Assembly: GCA_030295235.1 (NCBI GenBank)
Contig: AP026158.1
Location: forward strand, 1-64,000
From: Fistulifera solaris
Taxonomy: Eukaryota
DNA length: 64,000 nt
Direction of reading: 5' to 3'
The notes beneath the pieces were generated by a model. That model worked only from the letters and a program-made list of their open reading frames with translations. It searched no databases and was not told the DNA's origin. The position numbers and the translations under genes were made by a program. Below are positions 35,764 to 48,236 of the stretch, piece after piece (position 1 is the stretch's first letter; every line of letters begins with the position of its first letter).

Positions 35764-37093
35764 ATTGACGGGCTTTATCGGAGGAACAGCGACTAACGGC
35801 AGGAAAAGAAGGCAAACAAGATACTAGAAAGGAAAAGAGACAGCAATAAAACTTTAGAAAGCTTTTTCAATTCTTTGGATGGAGTATTTGTATTGCTATA
35901 CTTGTACTCCGTAATAGGTTGTTGGTGGAGGACATTCCGATAGATTGAAGGGTCGATCCAGCTTGGAACTCATTCCAACGTCATTCCATCATTGCGCGCC
36001 TCATCGTTTGCGTCAGTCCTTTTACTGTCGAGTATCCTGTACCCTGTAGTGACTCAATTGGTTTCCATGACTCGAGTCAGCTGGGTGCAACAGTACGAGG
36101 ACTGACTCACTGCGGATGAGTTCCTTCACGTCATCATGGAATGTGGAATCCGACGATAAAAGAAGTAAAAACAAATGCTAAAATCATCGTGACACGGGTC
36201 CACCAGTCTTGGAGAAAACAGACTACACGTTGGGCCTATAGTAAATCCATTAGTTGGGTACCGCGTGAGAGAAATCAAAGGAGAAATCGTCATAATCGTG
36301 GATTTTAAAAAATGAGCACTGAGCACGGATCATCCATCGCAATCCAATGTGTACATCCATGTAGGTCGACGAAAAGGAATGTACCAAAGGAGAAGAGGTG
36401 CGTTCCCGTATCTTCCATACTTGTAACCTTGCTTTCACTTGGATTGGAGGATCGAAGAGTTCGAGCGTAACATTCTTTCAATTTTGGCGAGTCCGAATTC
36501 TAAAATGGAAAGCAGAATGACGACCTACGGAAGATGTTGTTTTTGCTGCCTGAATTCAACAGCGTCCAATGCAATATAAAATGGATGATAGTAACAGTAC
36601 TTTTAGCATGCAAAACCTTTCTGAGAGCTTTCGATGTCTGCCGCGATTGTCCTGGGCGAAAATCGTTTCGGATGGTTGTCCGTCTAAATTTCTATAGACC
36701 AATGTGTAGGCGACCTTTTTGTACGACTGCATTTCAGTCATGAATCAAGTTTGTTGAGTTGGAATTTTCCTGCATGAGCTCATGCTATTCTAAACAACAC
36801 AGACTTTGAATTTACTATTTGGTGATCACAACCTTAACAACTTTAATTGGATGGCAAATCCGCTTCATGACCAGTAAAAATCGGACAAGCGGTGTGATGC
36901 ATGCGTTCGAGAAAGGAAGCGAGGATACCCCTTGAATCATGTCAGGGATTCGTTTTACTCGTTCAAACAACACGATAGTGCTAGATCAGTGAACTGAGAT
37001 GTATTAACAGTTTCCTAGGAACCATCGAGCATCCGAAAATATGAAAGATATGCGAGAGCTGAATGTTGAACAAAAATCAGTATCTCTCATTCA

Positions 37094-38812
37094 TCATCGA
37101 ACGAGTAATCGAGATGAAGAATTATCTAGAATTTGGTCTCTGAAACCTACACAGATGTCCTCATTGTCTTCCGTACTACTCACATCGCAAAACTCATTGA
37201 ATCCATCAAAGCACCAATCTTGATCAGCCAAACGGATCAGTAAAATCACAAAGCATCCAATAGTGGCGAACGCGATAATGGCAACCAGAATCAGAATTAG
37301 CAAGCTCGTGCGGCCTGTTCTTTTGACATAGGCGTCAATTTTACTTTTGCCGAATAGTGCTCCTGCGAGGCAAACGAAAAAGTAAAAGACTGCATAACTT
37401 GTTGGTACGATCCCCGAAATGACGTACATGACGGCTACACTACTGCTTGTCATCATAACCATGGTAGCGTTTGTGGCAGTAGAGACGCTGGGATGAACAC
37501 CCTTGACCAGCATGAGAGGGCCTAATATACTGGCGCCACCAATACCAATCAATCCACCCACTGCACCAGACATGAACGAAGAAAAAAAGTAAAACCGGAG
37601 CAATGATGGGTCCCATGCTGTATCACCGTTCAGGAAAGGATACTGCACGGATCTTCGCGCTACTTGGTTGGGTATCAGCTTTGAACCATAGTACGCCGCA
37701 AAGCTGAAAAGCCACAAAAATTGTGTAGTAATCAGAACAGAATACCATGTAGATTGACAATCGATGCCTATCACAGACTGGAATTCCTTTCCACCAATCA
37801 TCAAATTCAATACGAAAAGACCGCACCAGAATATGCATACTGCAGCAATCTGTTCGAGAGGATATTGTCGCTTATCGTGTTCAAGAAAAGCAATTCGAGC
37901 CTCCAAATTGGGGTCCTTTTGAAGTTTTCCGTTGGTTTCGGCACTTTCTGTTTCGTCGTTGTGGAGTGTAAGCAAGCAACGATGTGCACCATTCTTGCCT
38001 TCGCATTCGACATTGTCCGTTTGTGGAGTATCATCATCAGACTTCACTTGCTTTTGTTCGTTCTCTGTTGCTTGTTGATGTTCTCTTGCTTTTGCTTCCT
38101 TGGCCGCACTCATGGCCAATAATACTCCTGCTGTCATCAAATATAGCCAATTCGGCAAAAGCTTTTGTATAAGAACACCGAGAACGGCTCCAGCTACTTG
38201 CAGTGGTGACGTGAATAGGAACATGTCGTAATCGATCACAGGACGTGTGTACAAAACACCACCACGGTCTAGATACTCCTTTTCTTCTCGTTCACTCTTC
38301 AATTCAAGTTGCATGGGTCGTGCTTCTCCTACGCCTGGATCATGGCGAATCTTCTCTCGAGGATGACGACTACGTGTGTTCAATATAAACCCACCGATGC
38401 AGGCGCCAAAAATACTCGCTTGCAAAAGCCCAGCCGCTGGTTTGGGTGCGAATTGCAAGATAATAATACCCAGTGGAACATACACTCCTCCACCTCCTAC
38501 ACCACACGACACAGCGATCCCCGCCGTAATGAACCAAATGATGGCACCGACAATATCGTTCCACCAAAAATGATAGTGACTATGCTCATCATCATCTCCC
38601 AAGTTGAATAGCCGTCGATCGAAGCATGTATGATGTTTCATATCCATTTGTAAGAAACCGTCACATTTCAAACAGTCCTTAACTTGTATCGTTGTGGTGC
38701 CATCGCAAACAGGGCACGCGTACGAACCACTACTGCATTGACTTGACAAACCCTGAACGGATGTTATCAAGAAGAAAAGGCAGAGAAGCCACGTATATTG
38801 AAGTTGTCGCAT
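37094..38812 (-). CDS. TauE/SafE-family (sulfite exporter) membrane protein, paralog 1
   Basis: GVGGGGVYVP, RPVIDY, GAVLGV, GGLIGIGGASILGPLML..GVHPSVSTATNATM, GRTSLLI. Confidence 0.88.
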   Translation of the reverse strand: MRQLQYTWLLCLFFLITSVQGLSSQCSSGSYACPVCDGTTTIQVKDCLKCDGFLQMDMKHHTCFDRRLFNLGDDDEHSHYHFWWNDIVGAIIWFITAGIAVSCGVGGGGVYVPLGIIILQFAPKPAAGLLQASIFGACIGGFILNTRSRHPREKIRHDPGVGEARPMQLELKSEREEKEYLDRGGVLYTRPVIDYDMFLFTSPLQVAGAVLGVLIQKLLPNWLYLMTAGVLLAMSAAKEAKAREHQQATENEQKQVKSDDDTPQTDNVECEGKNGAHRCLLTLHNDETESAETNGKLQKDPNLEARIAFLEHDKRQYPLEQIAAVCIFWCGLFVLNLMIGGKEFQSVIGIDCQSTWYSVLITTQFLWLFSFAAYYGSKLIPNQVARRSVQYPFLNGDTAWDPSLLRFYFFSSFMSGAVGGLIGIGGASILGPLMLVKGVHPSVSTATNATMVMMTSSSVAVMYVISGIVPTSYAVFYFFVCLAGALFGKSKIDAYVKRTGRTSLLILILVAIIAFATIGCFVILLIRLADQDWCFDGFNEFCDVSSTEDNEDICVGFRDQILDNSSSRLLVR

Positions 38813-39452
38813 AATGAGAGTTAAACTTGCAAGCGAATGAAAACTTATGAGCTCTTTTCTTAAAATGCGGTGTCAAGTAAATCGAAAATAGGATTGATTG
38901 TCTCGTTCAAGAAACTCTTTTGAAAAATGATTCTTCTTTTTTCGTTCGAGGAATCTGCTGCGCCGTTTTCGTTAGCTTCACGCCCACTCGCTCCAACAAT
39001 GATTTCTACGAACGGCTTATTGACGGTCTCAGATGAGGTAGACCAAGAAGTGACATGGAATGACCAAAGGCTCATTTTATAAACTGTAAAAATGCTGGTG
39101 TCATCATGGCCGGTCAATTGCGAACTCTCCTCGCGTTGATAAGAAGAAACTCCGACACTTTGTTGATGACGTCCTTCGTTGACTACTGTCTGTTTAATTG
39201 TACGCACCACGTGGTTAACTGACAGTTTCTCGTGTTTCAATCCACCGTTTTCACCTTCATGCCTTCGCGTTTCGCGTTTCAAAGCATGAACTACCCGGTA
39301 CCGGTACTCAAATAATTTGCAACAATAGTCTAACGAGCTTGAAAACGGCGTAGTCTAGTTGTCAACGACGCAACTTTCCGGCAGCTTTTGCAATTTGCTC
39401 GTTCCAATAAAAACGGATACGTTAAGACATTACGACAAACATAGTATTTAAT

Positions 39453-41107
39453 TTACATGAATCGAAGTTGATCCTCAGCAGTCGAACAAAAGTCTACTTC
39501 GGCTTCGGCACTAACGGTGCAGAATGGTTTGAATCCATCGAAACACCAATCTTGATTTGCCAAGCCGGATAAAGCAATAGACAAGCACCCAACCGTCGAG
39601 CAAGTAATAATACCACATAGAATCAGAATGAGCAAGCTAGCTCGACCCGTGCGCTTGACGTAGGCATCAATATTGCTTTTTCCAAAGAGGGCACCCACTA
39701 CGCACACGCAAAAGTAAAAGATCGCGTAACTCTTGGGGACCATTCCCGAGATCACATACATCAGAGCAATATTACTACTCGTGAACACGACCATCGAAGC
39801 AGTTGTTGCCGTAGACACGCTCGGGTGAATACCGGTGATCATAAGCACAGGACCAAGAACAAGAGCACCACCAACCCCAATGAGACCACCGATCGCTCCA
39901 CCGAAGAAGGCGAAACCTCCGTAAAAGTACAACCAGGAGTAACTCCACACAACGTCGTCGTGTAAGAAGGGATAATTGACAGCCTTGCGCGCATTGTAGG
40001 ACCTCATCAACTTGTAGCCGTAAAATACAGCAAAGCAAAGCAGCCACACAAACTGACAGGCCACGAGAATGTTGTAGGCGGAAGACTCACAGTCGAGTCC
40101 TATTACCGACTCCATTCCTCTTCCACCAATCATCAAGTTCAGAACAATCAAGCCGGACCATAATGCAAAGGCTGCAGCAATACTTTCAAGAGGATATTGT
40201 CGCATGTCTTCTTTTAGATACTCAATGCGGGTTTCCATGTGAGGATCTTCCTGCGGAATAGAACTTTTTGAACGGATTGATCTATTTCGTTGGGATCTGA
40301 ATCCGGCGTGGCATCATCTTCAATCTGTTCGGCCTGTTCCATGCGTTTCGCCTTTTCTTTTGCCGCAGTACTTCTATATTTTCCAAAAGTCAAATAACAG
40401 ACCATAATGAGTAATCCTGCTGCCGTCAACAAGTAAAGCCAGTTGGGCAAAAGTTTCTGAATCATTACCCCCAACACCGCTCCAGCGATTTGCAGCGGCA
40501 ACATGAAGAGTCCCATGCTGTAGTTGATCACCGGACGCGTGTAAAAGACACCACCTCGATCAAGATATTCCTGTTCTTCTCGTTTGCTCTTTAATTCAAC
40601 TTGGAGAGGCTGAAATTCTCCGACCCCAGGATCATGACGAATTTTCGTTTCTGGGTGGAAATTCTTGCAATTCAAAATATAACCACCGACACAAGCACCA
40701 AAGATACTAGCCTGCGAGAGTCCGGAAGCTGGCTTGGGAGCAAATTGCAGTACAATCATCCCCATGGGAACGTAAACACTTCCACCTCCAACACCACAGG
40801 AAATCGCAATACCTGCTGTAATAAACCAGATTACTGCACCCACAATATCATTCCACCAGTAATGATAATGACTATCATCGTCTCGTTTCGCTCCGATATT
40901 GAAGAGACGACGATTGAAGCATCGATCGTGAGTCAAATCAGATTGTAGAAACCCATCGCATTCCAAACAATCCTCAACTTGAATGGTCACCGTTCCGTCA
41001 CAAACAGGACACGTAAACGAATCTCCGCTGGGGCATTGCCCCGTAAAGGCGTGCGCCACAGATGCAAAGAAGAGTAAAGAAAGTGTTACGAATGGAAATA
41101 AACGCAT
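39453..41107 (-). CDS. TauE/SafE-family membrane protein, paralog 2 (frameshift ~40240-40265)
   Basis: Collinear with paralog 1: CPVCDG..CLECDG, GVGGGSVYVP, RPVINY, GGLIGVGGALVLGP, GIHPSVSTAT. Confidence 0.88.
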
Positions 41108-42628
41108 AATATTGATTTGAAAGGATCAACAATGATGGGTATTCCTTATTACCATTGGTCAATTGGTAGGAATTCAACCTACACGACTACGGCAAACAAG
41201 AATAACAACGCGCATTGCGAGGTCGATTTTATCACATTCCTTTGTGCTGTATTGTCCTAAGTACGAGGTACGTTCGAAACTCGGAAATGTGGACGAGCTT
41301 CTTCGGCGTACCGTTTTTCGTTTCATGGTACTCGGAGTACATTGTAGTTTTACTATAATTCCCAAGTGTTGTATCAACTTTACCACGACTGAATTTCAGT
41401 CATGAAGGTATGATTATGCGCTATTTTCCGTTTGATTGAACTAGGCTGGTAAGCTTGAACAATCTTTTGAGCATTGCGTCACCCTTCAGCAGAATTTTCT
41501 ATGTTTCCATCAATACAGAATGTAGAAATATTTTCATTCCTTGTTTCCACGATACCACGGATGCGAGATAGACTGTATAAACCTGCAAAGTTAACTCTGT
41601 GCGTTCAGTTAGCTTGTGAGATCCATCTCTTTTCACTCCAATAGTTTCAGAAGCATTGCAATGCCCAATCCATTCTGACAATGACTGACAACAAATTGAA
41701 AACTTCGAATAATTGGAATGTGTGCAACGCGGACACGTAATTATTTGTCAAGTCAATTGCCGTTCCAGGTATCTAACGACGACCGGATCAAAAATCGAAG
41801 CGCATGTCTTTCACGCGTCAGGCTTCCTTAACGACCAGTGAGAGTTGTGTGGAAGATGGTTGTCGAAAGCTTTTACTGCGTAAAAAGTGCGGAGCGGGAA
41901 AGCAAGCCGAAGCACGGCGCGAGGGAAGCAGAAAGTTTCAAAAGGAAAGAGGACTTTTCGAGAGGTTACCGCCACCGTACCTGGCTCGATTACCAGTACG
42001 TACCAGGCACGGTACCGGTACCAGTACGCAGTAAAGATGGCATCTGCTCTCTGCGCTGGTGGAAAAGTTCCCAGTGCTTCTGGGATGCTTCTGGCACCAT
42101 CAAACAGGAACACGGAGGACAAGAAGCAAAACTCAGACTCCAAAGTCAGAACCACAACTAAAATAAGTTATCGAGACAGGCACTGTAGGGTTAAAGTCTA
42201 AAATGTAGGACCAAGGTACGAAGTTGTCCCTTGTTCCGACTTCCAAGGATACTGGTACGGGAAACGATGAACTAAGGAATCATCTGTACTCTCGAAATGA
42301 CGATGATTGCTGACTGGTTACACCGAGTCCGGCTATTTCAAGTCGTCCATAACGTTTTCTCGAAACGGTATTGCGATGGCAGTCCACAGTATTGATCCAT
42401 CCAGTAATGACATACCACGTCACCAGCACAGAACAACACTTGGTCAGAGAGATCCTCGTAGTCCTTATCCTACTACTACCTGGTAGTCTTCCCCCCACTT
42501 CGCCGTCCATCCAAGATCAAAGGGCTCGAAGCAAAAAAGACTTGAACAAGGGGCAATCTCACACCATCCATAAAACTACATCTCGTCCGCTTGAAAGACT
42601 CGAAACGAACCATAATTTGAAAATAAAC

Positions 42629-43183
42629 ATGAAGAATATCCATGCAGCCATTAAACTAAACAACATGGGAGTTGCTCTCATGGAACGCCATAGCTACAAT
42701 GAGGCGTTGGAGACGTTCAATCAAGGTCTCAGCGTTTTACAGCGCAAACTCACCTTGTCAAAAGCCGAGATCGAGCACATGCTCTACCGAGCTTCTTTAC
42801 ATGTCGGAGATGATTCCTCTGAAGACGATGAAGACTTGTCGTTCTACGGAGGTGACTATAGTTGTACACGAGAAACCTCAATTGCGATCTACAACCAACA
42901 TGGACAAGATATGAATGTGAGTCCATCACAAGCCGGCAAACGACCGGACGTCTGTTTATTTTACTACAAGCAGATCGAAGTTATGAAAGCGAAAGACATC
43001 CAGCTGCTTTCGATTTCTTTACTTCACAACCAGTCACAAGCTTGTCATTGTGTAGCCAATACAGGAGAAGAGATAGTGAAGCAACGCGACTCCCCAGTAC
43101 GTCCGCGACCATTGATTTCGTCGTTCACTGGGAAGCAACACGTACCAGCTCCTTCGTTTCTATGTTACAACCCAGCGGCTTGA
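42629..43183 (+). CDS. Hypothetical protein (diatom TPR-like family); 3' end uncertain
   Basis: MKNIHAAIKLNNMGVALMERHSYNEALETF..ISLLHNQSQACHC pattern. Confidence 0.55.
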   Translation: MKNIHAAIKLNNMGVALMERHSYNEALETFNQGLSVLQRKLTLSKAEIEHMLYRASLHVGDDSSEDDEDLSFYGGDYSCTRETSIAIYNQHGQDMNVSPSQAGKRPDVCLFYYKQIEVMKAKDIQLLSISLLHNQSQACHCVANTGEEIVKQRDSPVRPRPLISSFTGKQHVPAPSFLCYNPAA

Positions 43184-43412
43184 ATTGAAAGAACGCCCCC
43201 GAGAATTTTGGTTTACACTTCCGCTATGCATGACTTGATTACATTTTTGAACATTCACTCCTTCGACTAAGTAAAAATATCAATATAGAAACCGCAAACT
43301 ATAATCAGTTTTTGTGTCTTGAATATACGTTGCACGCTTGATCCAGCATTAGCGATCCGCAAAGGTATTTTTTTCTGATTTCCGTCCACCACGCTATGAG
43401 AAACAGTCGACA

Positions 43413-43937
43413 CTACAGCCGAAAGCGGGCAACGATTGCCGGTGTTTGACGAAGTCGCTCCCACATTCCTCTCTTAACAGTATCCCATTCGGCCTCTTCT
43501 CGTGATTGTTGAATCTCTTTGACGTGAACACCAGCAGATTGAATTGCTTTTTTCGAGGAGCCATTGAGTTTGGCGATTGCTTCACGCTGTTGAGGCGTAT
43601 ACGCACTGGGAAGTGAATTTTGTCGTCGTTTCGGTTGTCGTCGTTTTTCATATTCCTCTATGGAATACACTTTCGAATAGCACGACTCCCAAGCCAACGT
43701 CAATGGCACACCTCGACTGACGGCCGGGTTGTCGCCGAGCACGAGTAGATGTTCGTGAATGTGCACAGTCGAAAATCGGATCGTTTTACTGCGTTTCGTC
43801 AGTTCGTAGCGGGGTGACTCACCCACGGTCGTGATGGTAACAGTATCATCGGAAGCATGTTTCTTGTTTTCTTTTTCGTATTCTTCCGTGTCTCGCTTTC
43901 GCTTGCGTGAGAACAACACCGCCGCAAGTTTGGCCAT
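43413..43937 (-). CDS. Hypothetical protein with xRFxxV..GDNP..S.GVP..L.W..YE motif
   Basis: KTIRFSTVHIHEHLLVLGDNPAVSRGVPLTLAW..IEEYEKRR, a motif recurrent in diatom proteins. ATG 43937. Confidence 0.7.
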   Translation of the reverse strand: MAKLAAVLFSRKRKRDTEEYEKENKKHASDDTVTITTVGESPRYELTKRSKTIRFSTVHIHEHLLVLGDNPAVSRGVPLTLAWESCYSKVYSIEEYEKRRQPKRRQNSLPSAYTPQQREAIAKLNGSSKKAIQSAGVHVKEIQQSREEAEWDTVKRGMWERLRQTPAIVARFRL

Positions 43938-44537
43938 GATATAAAGTTGAATTACTTGACTTGTGTTCGTCAGTTTAATGGAGGGTGGCGTGATTATTGG
44001 GGTTTCACAATCGAATGAGGTGAATTTTATGGAATAAAAGGAACGTCTTTTTGCCAATCACGATACAAAATGCCGATCCAAGAAAACGGATCTGGGGGTA
44101 TCGTTTCTTTTTTTTAGCGATGGCGCGAAGCGTCAAATCGAGACGAAAGAAGATTGTTGGGAAAGTGCGCCCTTTCAATTAGTACACATGAGTGTGGAAA
44201 CACAATTTTGTAGGCAGCAATGATGATATCTAAAATTTTAAAGTACGACACCTCAACGGAATTGAAAGTACAAAAAAAAGAATACTCTGGGAATTATTTA
44301 AGTACGAGTCCTGGTAAAAAGGTCATACTTTGTACGGAATGCAGACGGAGTGTCTCGGTGTCGGTGCACCTCTCACATTGGTGGCATTTTTTTGCCAGCG
44401 CAAATAGCTTTCGCGTGAAGGAAAATGAATGTAGCTTTCAATATTTTTTTTTGCATTCTAGTAGAAACAAATAAAAACCAACCCACTACGAGAGAGAGAG
44501 AGAGAAAGTTACCGCAGTTCGGGTTTATCGTGGGAAA

Positions 44538-46043
44538 ATGAGCCACCATCGACCGACTTTTGCCGCCATTCAATGTGCTTTTCTCACCGCAATCGTGACA
44601 ATCTCGGGTATTGAGTGTCATTCTGAGCATCATCACTACATTGAGCATCTTCGTCACTTGCAATCGACGGATCGATGTGAGACGACAGATCCCGGTAAAG
44701 CAGGTGAAGATGCTATCATTACAGCCGTTGCCGCCTTTCGAAACACACCAAAGGCACAGCGAACGTCCTTGCCGATTGTCGTCCCGGTTTGTTTTCACAC
44801 TCTGTATGCTACAGGTGGGGCCCCGTTGACGGATGAAAAACTACAAATGACTTTAGATCATCTCAACCAAGCCTTTACGGCGTCTTCGTGTTGTGATACG
44901 GCACAGGCATGGTGTACGAGCGCTATAGTCGACAGTTTATGCTCCACGGAAACGCAAATTACGTTCGAAATGGCGGAACTCGTGGGCGGTGTCGTTACGG
45001 GCGATACGACCGTAGGAACGCAGGTGACGGCTCCGAACGTGTGTGTCATTCGCACGGAAAACGACGACTGGTTCACGCATACCAAATCCATCGATGAAGC
45101 CCCGATGAAAGAAGCCTTGCATTTGGGGGACCGACGTGTACTCAACGCGTACTTTGTGGACTTTCCAAATGGATCTCTGGGGTATGCTACCTTTCCTTTC
45201 AATGAGAACGGAAAACTAGATGGTGTTGTTGTGGGATTCGATACACTTCCGGGAGATGGTGGGCGATTTGGAGAAGGTGATACGCTGGTGCACGAGGTAC
45301 GATACTATGTTGGTGATTCCTGTACTTCTCGTCGAATCGTTGTTCATTCTCAACCTGCTTTATACTCGCAAACCGCTCAGGTGGGACACTGGCTTGGTTT
45401 ACCGCATACCTTTGCCGGAGGCTGCTTTGCATCCGACGGTGTTTTGGATACGGCCAAAACCAGAGATCCGTATCGGGGGTGCACGCCTCAGTTGACACGA
45501 CCCGACTCGTGTCCCACGAGCACCGGTGCGGATCCGATTTTTAATTTCATGGATTACTCGGATGATATATGTATGTACGAGTTCACGGCAGGACAAAAAG
45601 AAACCATGTTGGCCATGTGGGAGTTTTACCGACTGGGAGATGGGGGCATTGCTGCCAATGAAATAATTCAACTTCAACTAGACGTTCCGTCAAATCCCAT
45701 TGACTTGTTTCCAAGGCAAAAGCAGCTGTATATGTTGCGGACAAATACTTGCGAAGTGACCTGCAACTTATCGGGCGATAAAGAAGGCGATGTGGATTTG
45801 TTTATGGAATACGATCAAGCTCCGCAATTCGACGACAGCGATTCCTGCGTGAGTGAATCGGGTGGCAATACCGAATCCTGTCGATTGAAATCTAGCGGGG
45901 TTTCTATGGTTCCTGTTGCTTGTAGAAACCGCAGTCGCAGGCAATGCAACGACCGAACCGTCGACGCCATCTATGTTGGAATTCAAGGGTACGGGATTTC
46001 GACCGCTCAGAACCTTGTTGTCACTTGCTTTAGAAATTCGTGA
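44538..46043 (+). CDS. Secreted M43 (pappalysin/ulilysin-like) zinc metalloprotease with C-terminal PPC-like domain
   Basis: Signal peptide; LGYATFP; DGVVV; GDTLVHE|VGHWLGLPHTF after removing intron 45297-45380; Met-turn NFMDYS; C-terminal GDVDLF..C.S..GNTESC..YVGIQGY. Confidence 0.92.
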   Translation: MSHHRPTFAAIQCAFLTAIVTISGIECHSEHHHYIEHLRHLQSTDRCETTDPGKAGEDAIITAVAAFRNTPKAQRTSLPIVVPVCFHTLYATGGAPLTDEKLQMTLDHLNQAFTASSCCDTAQAWCTSAIVDSLCSTETQITFEMAELVGGVVTGDTTVGTQVTAPNVCVIRTENDDWFTHTKSIDEAPMKEALHLGDRRVLNAYFVDFPNGSLGYATFPFNENGKLDGVVVGFDTLPGDGGRFGEGDTLVHEVRYYVGDSCTSRRIVVHSQPALYSQTAQVGHWLGLPHTFAGGCFASDGVLDTAKTRDPYRGCTPQLTRPDSCPTSTGADPIFNFMDYSDDICMYEFTAGQKETMLAMWEFYRLGDGGIAANEIIQLQLDVPSNPIDLFPRQKQLYMLRTNTCEVTCNLSGDKEGDVDLFMEYDQAPQFDDSDSCVSESGGNTESCRLKSSGVSMVPVACRNRSRRQCNDRTVDAIYVGIQGYGISTAQNLVVTCFRNS

Positions 46044-46761
46044 AGAGAGCTTTAGGATTGAAGCGCGTCAATCCAGTACGGTGCTACACAAACCGCGACG
46101 ATCTGTCGAAGCAGTGTCTTTTTGAAAGGCAAGCACACTGCTCTTTCCTAACGAGGTTCGAAACTCAGGTCTAACCTTGGCATGGGACGTTATTCGCATC
46201 ATGAACTTAAATCAATGGAGACAACCTTTGAGAGAATATAGATCAACAACGAATCAGCGTCGTGAGCTGTAAAATTGATCCTTATCCTTATCCTCGCCTT
46301 GCAGATTGCCACGTCATTCATAAGCCCTGATTTCGAACGTCGGACGGCATCAAAGGCTTGTGCCCCACACTATCGGCAGTTTCGATTACTAGTGCCCTTC
46401 TGATTGATTACTTGATTCGAGTCCTTGGCATCTTGTTTGGTGTACTGACACGACTTTACGGCAAGATTTGTAGAGAATTGTTCCTTTTCAATAAATATTT
46501 TCGATTCGTGACTCCTCGCTCCTCGTGCCCAGAAACACTAACAAACACACGCAACAAAGCAAAACCAAACTCATCAGCTGAACACATTCGTTTTTAACGA
46601 AAATGAGGTCAATTTTCCCGGTGTTGGCAATTCACAACTTGCCTCTCAGCGTGTACAAGACCTTCTTTGATCATCGATTGGTGTCAAAAGCAAACAGCTG
46701 AGTCGTCGTCTCGTATATGTAACGGGAAGTCTCCATTAATTCACAATCTGCAGGATACAAA

Positions 46762-47694
46762 ATGAAATTCAGAACTAAAATGCTGCGCTTGATATCTTTT
46801 CTTTCGATGATCAACATTGCTTATTCGAAAGAGACTTCCTCGCTGCGTCGGAAGCTTGCAGAATGCGTCAACACGGCTCCTCATGGCAGTATCGATCAAG
46901 GTTGCGATGAAGCGCGACCCATTTGTCTCGTCTCGTCCACCAGAAATGAACCAGCAGCGAATGTCGCCGGCAACAAATGCGGCAAATGCATCAATACCGT
47001 TGAATCGAATGTGTTTAACGATCTGGGATGTTCTTCAAAAACGCCCCTGTGCAATGCACCTCTTGGTTTGGGCGGCGATACGTGTCTGCCCGCATTGCCC
47101 CAGTGTACGAATACAGCTGCCTACGGAGGCGTTGATGCAGGATGCTCACGGGAAACTCCCATTTGCATTAACAGCAAGACGAAACGAGAAGTCGGAGCCC
47201 GTGCGGCGGGTGATGTTTGCGCAGCATGTGTGAAAGTCTATTCGAGGTTGCATTATCGATTTGGCTTTGCCGATTACGGCTGCGGTTCGCAATTCCCTCG
47301 TTGTATGACATCCGAGAATGGAGACCCGGTCAGATCGCGCGCCGGTGCTAAATGCTGTACGGCGAAAGGAGTGTGTCACACCGAAGCCTTGTGTCCTTGC
47401 AATCGCCCAGAAAGCGTTTGGAGCAAAGTCGTTGCTGGGATAAATCCTTGGAATTCCAATGACTTGACCTGCCTGTCGGATACTAATTCTATTACGTCGA
47501 GTTTGTTCGTCACAGGATCACCCTTGGGTATAGGCGTGAGTGAAGTGGAGCTGTCGGAGAGTGATCGTTGGTGGGTTTGTTCTGATCAACCAAGGGTTTC
47601 ACTATCGATTAGCGAAGCGGAAGCAACAGCTTGCTATAAAGAAGTTCAAGCAGCCACAGAAGTCATGGGTCTGTCGGAGTGTCTTACCTATTAG
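46762..47694 (+). CDS. Secreted cysteine-rich repeat protein
   Basis: Signal peptide, LRRKL propeptide-type site, four repeats C(V/I/T)NT....D.GC....P.C (fourth degenerate). Confidence 0.8.
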   Translation: MKFRTKMLRLISFLSMINIAYSKETSSLRRKLAECVNTAPHGSIDQGCDEARPICLVSSTRNEPAANVAGNKCGKCINTVESNVFNDLGCSSKTPLCNAPLGLGGDTCLPALPQCTNTAAYGGVDAGCSRETPICINSKTKREVGARAAGDVCAACVKVYSRLHYRFGFADYGCGSQFPRCMTSENGDPVRSRAGAKCCTAKGVCHTEALCPCNRPESVWSKVVAGINPWNSNDLTCLSDTNSITSSLFVTGSPLGIGVSEVELSESDRWWVCSDQPRVSLSISEAEATACYKEVQAATEVMGLSECLTY

Positions 47695-48236
47695 ACTCTT
47701 GGAATAATGGTGTCTATGTACATAGATTCTTGATTGATTTGCAATGCACCCTCGATTAGCTTTTAACGCAAATAATCGAGATGCTGCGTTCCGATTAGAG
47801 CTGATAGTCAGGAACGATTTTTACGATGCCATTAGTTTGACTCACATTTTAGTTTTGGTCCTAGACAAACTGTTGCCGTCGTTGCAATCGTTTTCCATAG
47901 TTTGATAATGACTAAAAGGCAGTCGTGGTGTCACGCCTACACTTGGAGATTAAAATGCACGTAAAACCGAGATGTTGTGTTTCGAATACCGTTGATAGTA
48001 AAAGGAACGACATCGTGAACGTTATAACATTGGAATATACATTCCAAATTGTGATTCCTTGTGTCGACGTTGATAGTCCTTTTCTTTCATCAAAATGGAA
48101 GACGAATACAGACCTACACTATATCCTAGAGTGAGATCATTATTTTTTAAAGAGAAGATAAATATAGACTGACTTCACTTAACAGTTGTCTCTTTCCATA
48201 AGTTTTGCAGAGGAAAGCAACGAGAAATCCAACATC

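Noticed and set aside
41990..42030. GTAC/GGTACC-rich self-complementary patch (similar ones at ~10050 and ~39295)
   Set aside because: Short low-complexity promoter-type sequence with no definable element.
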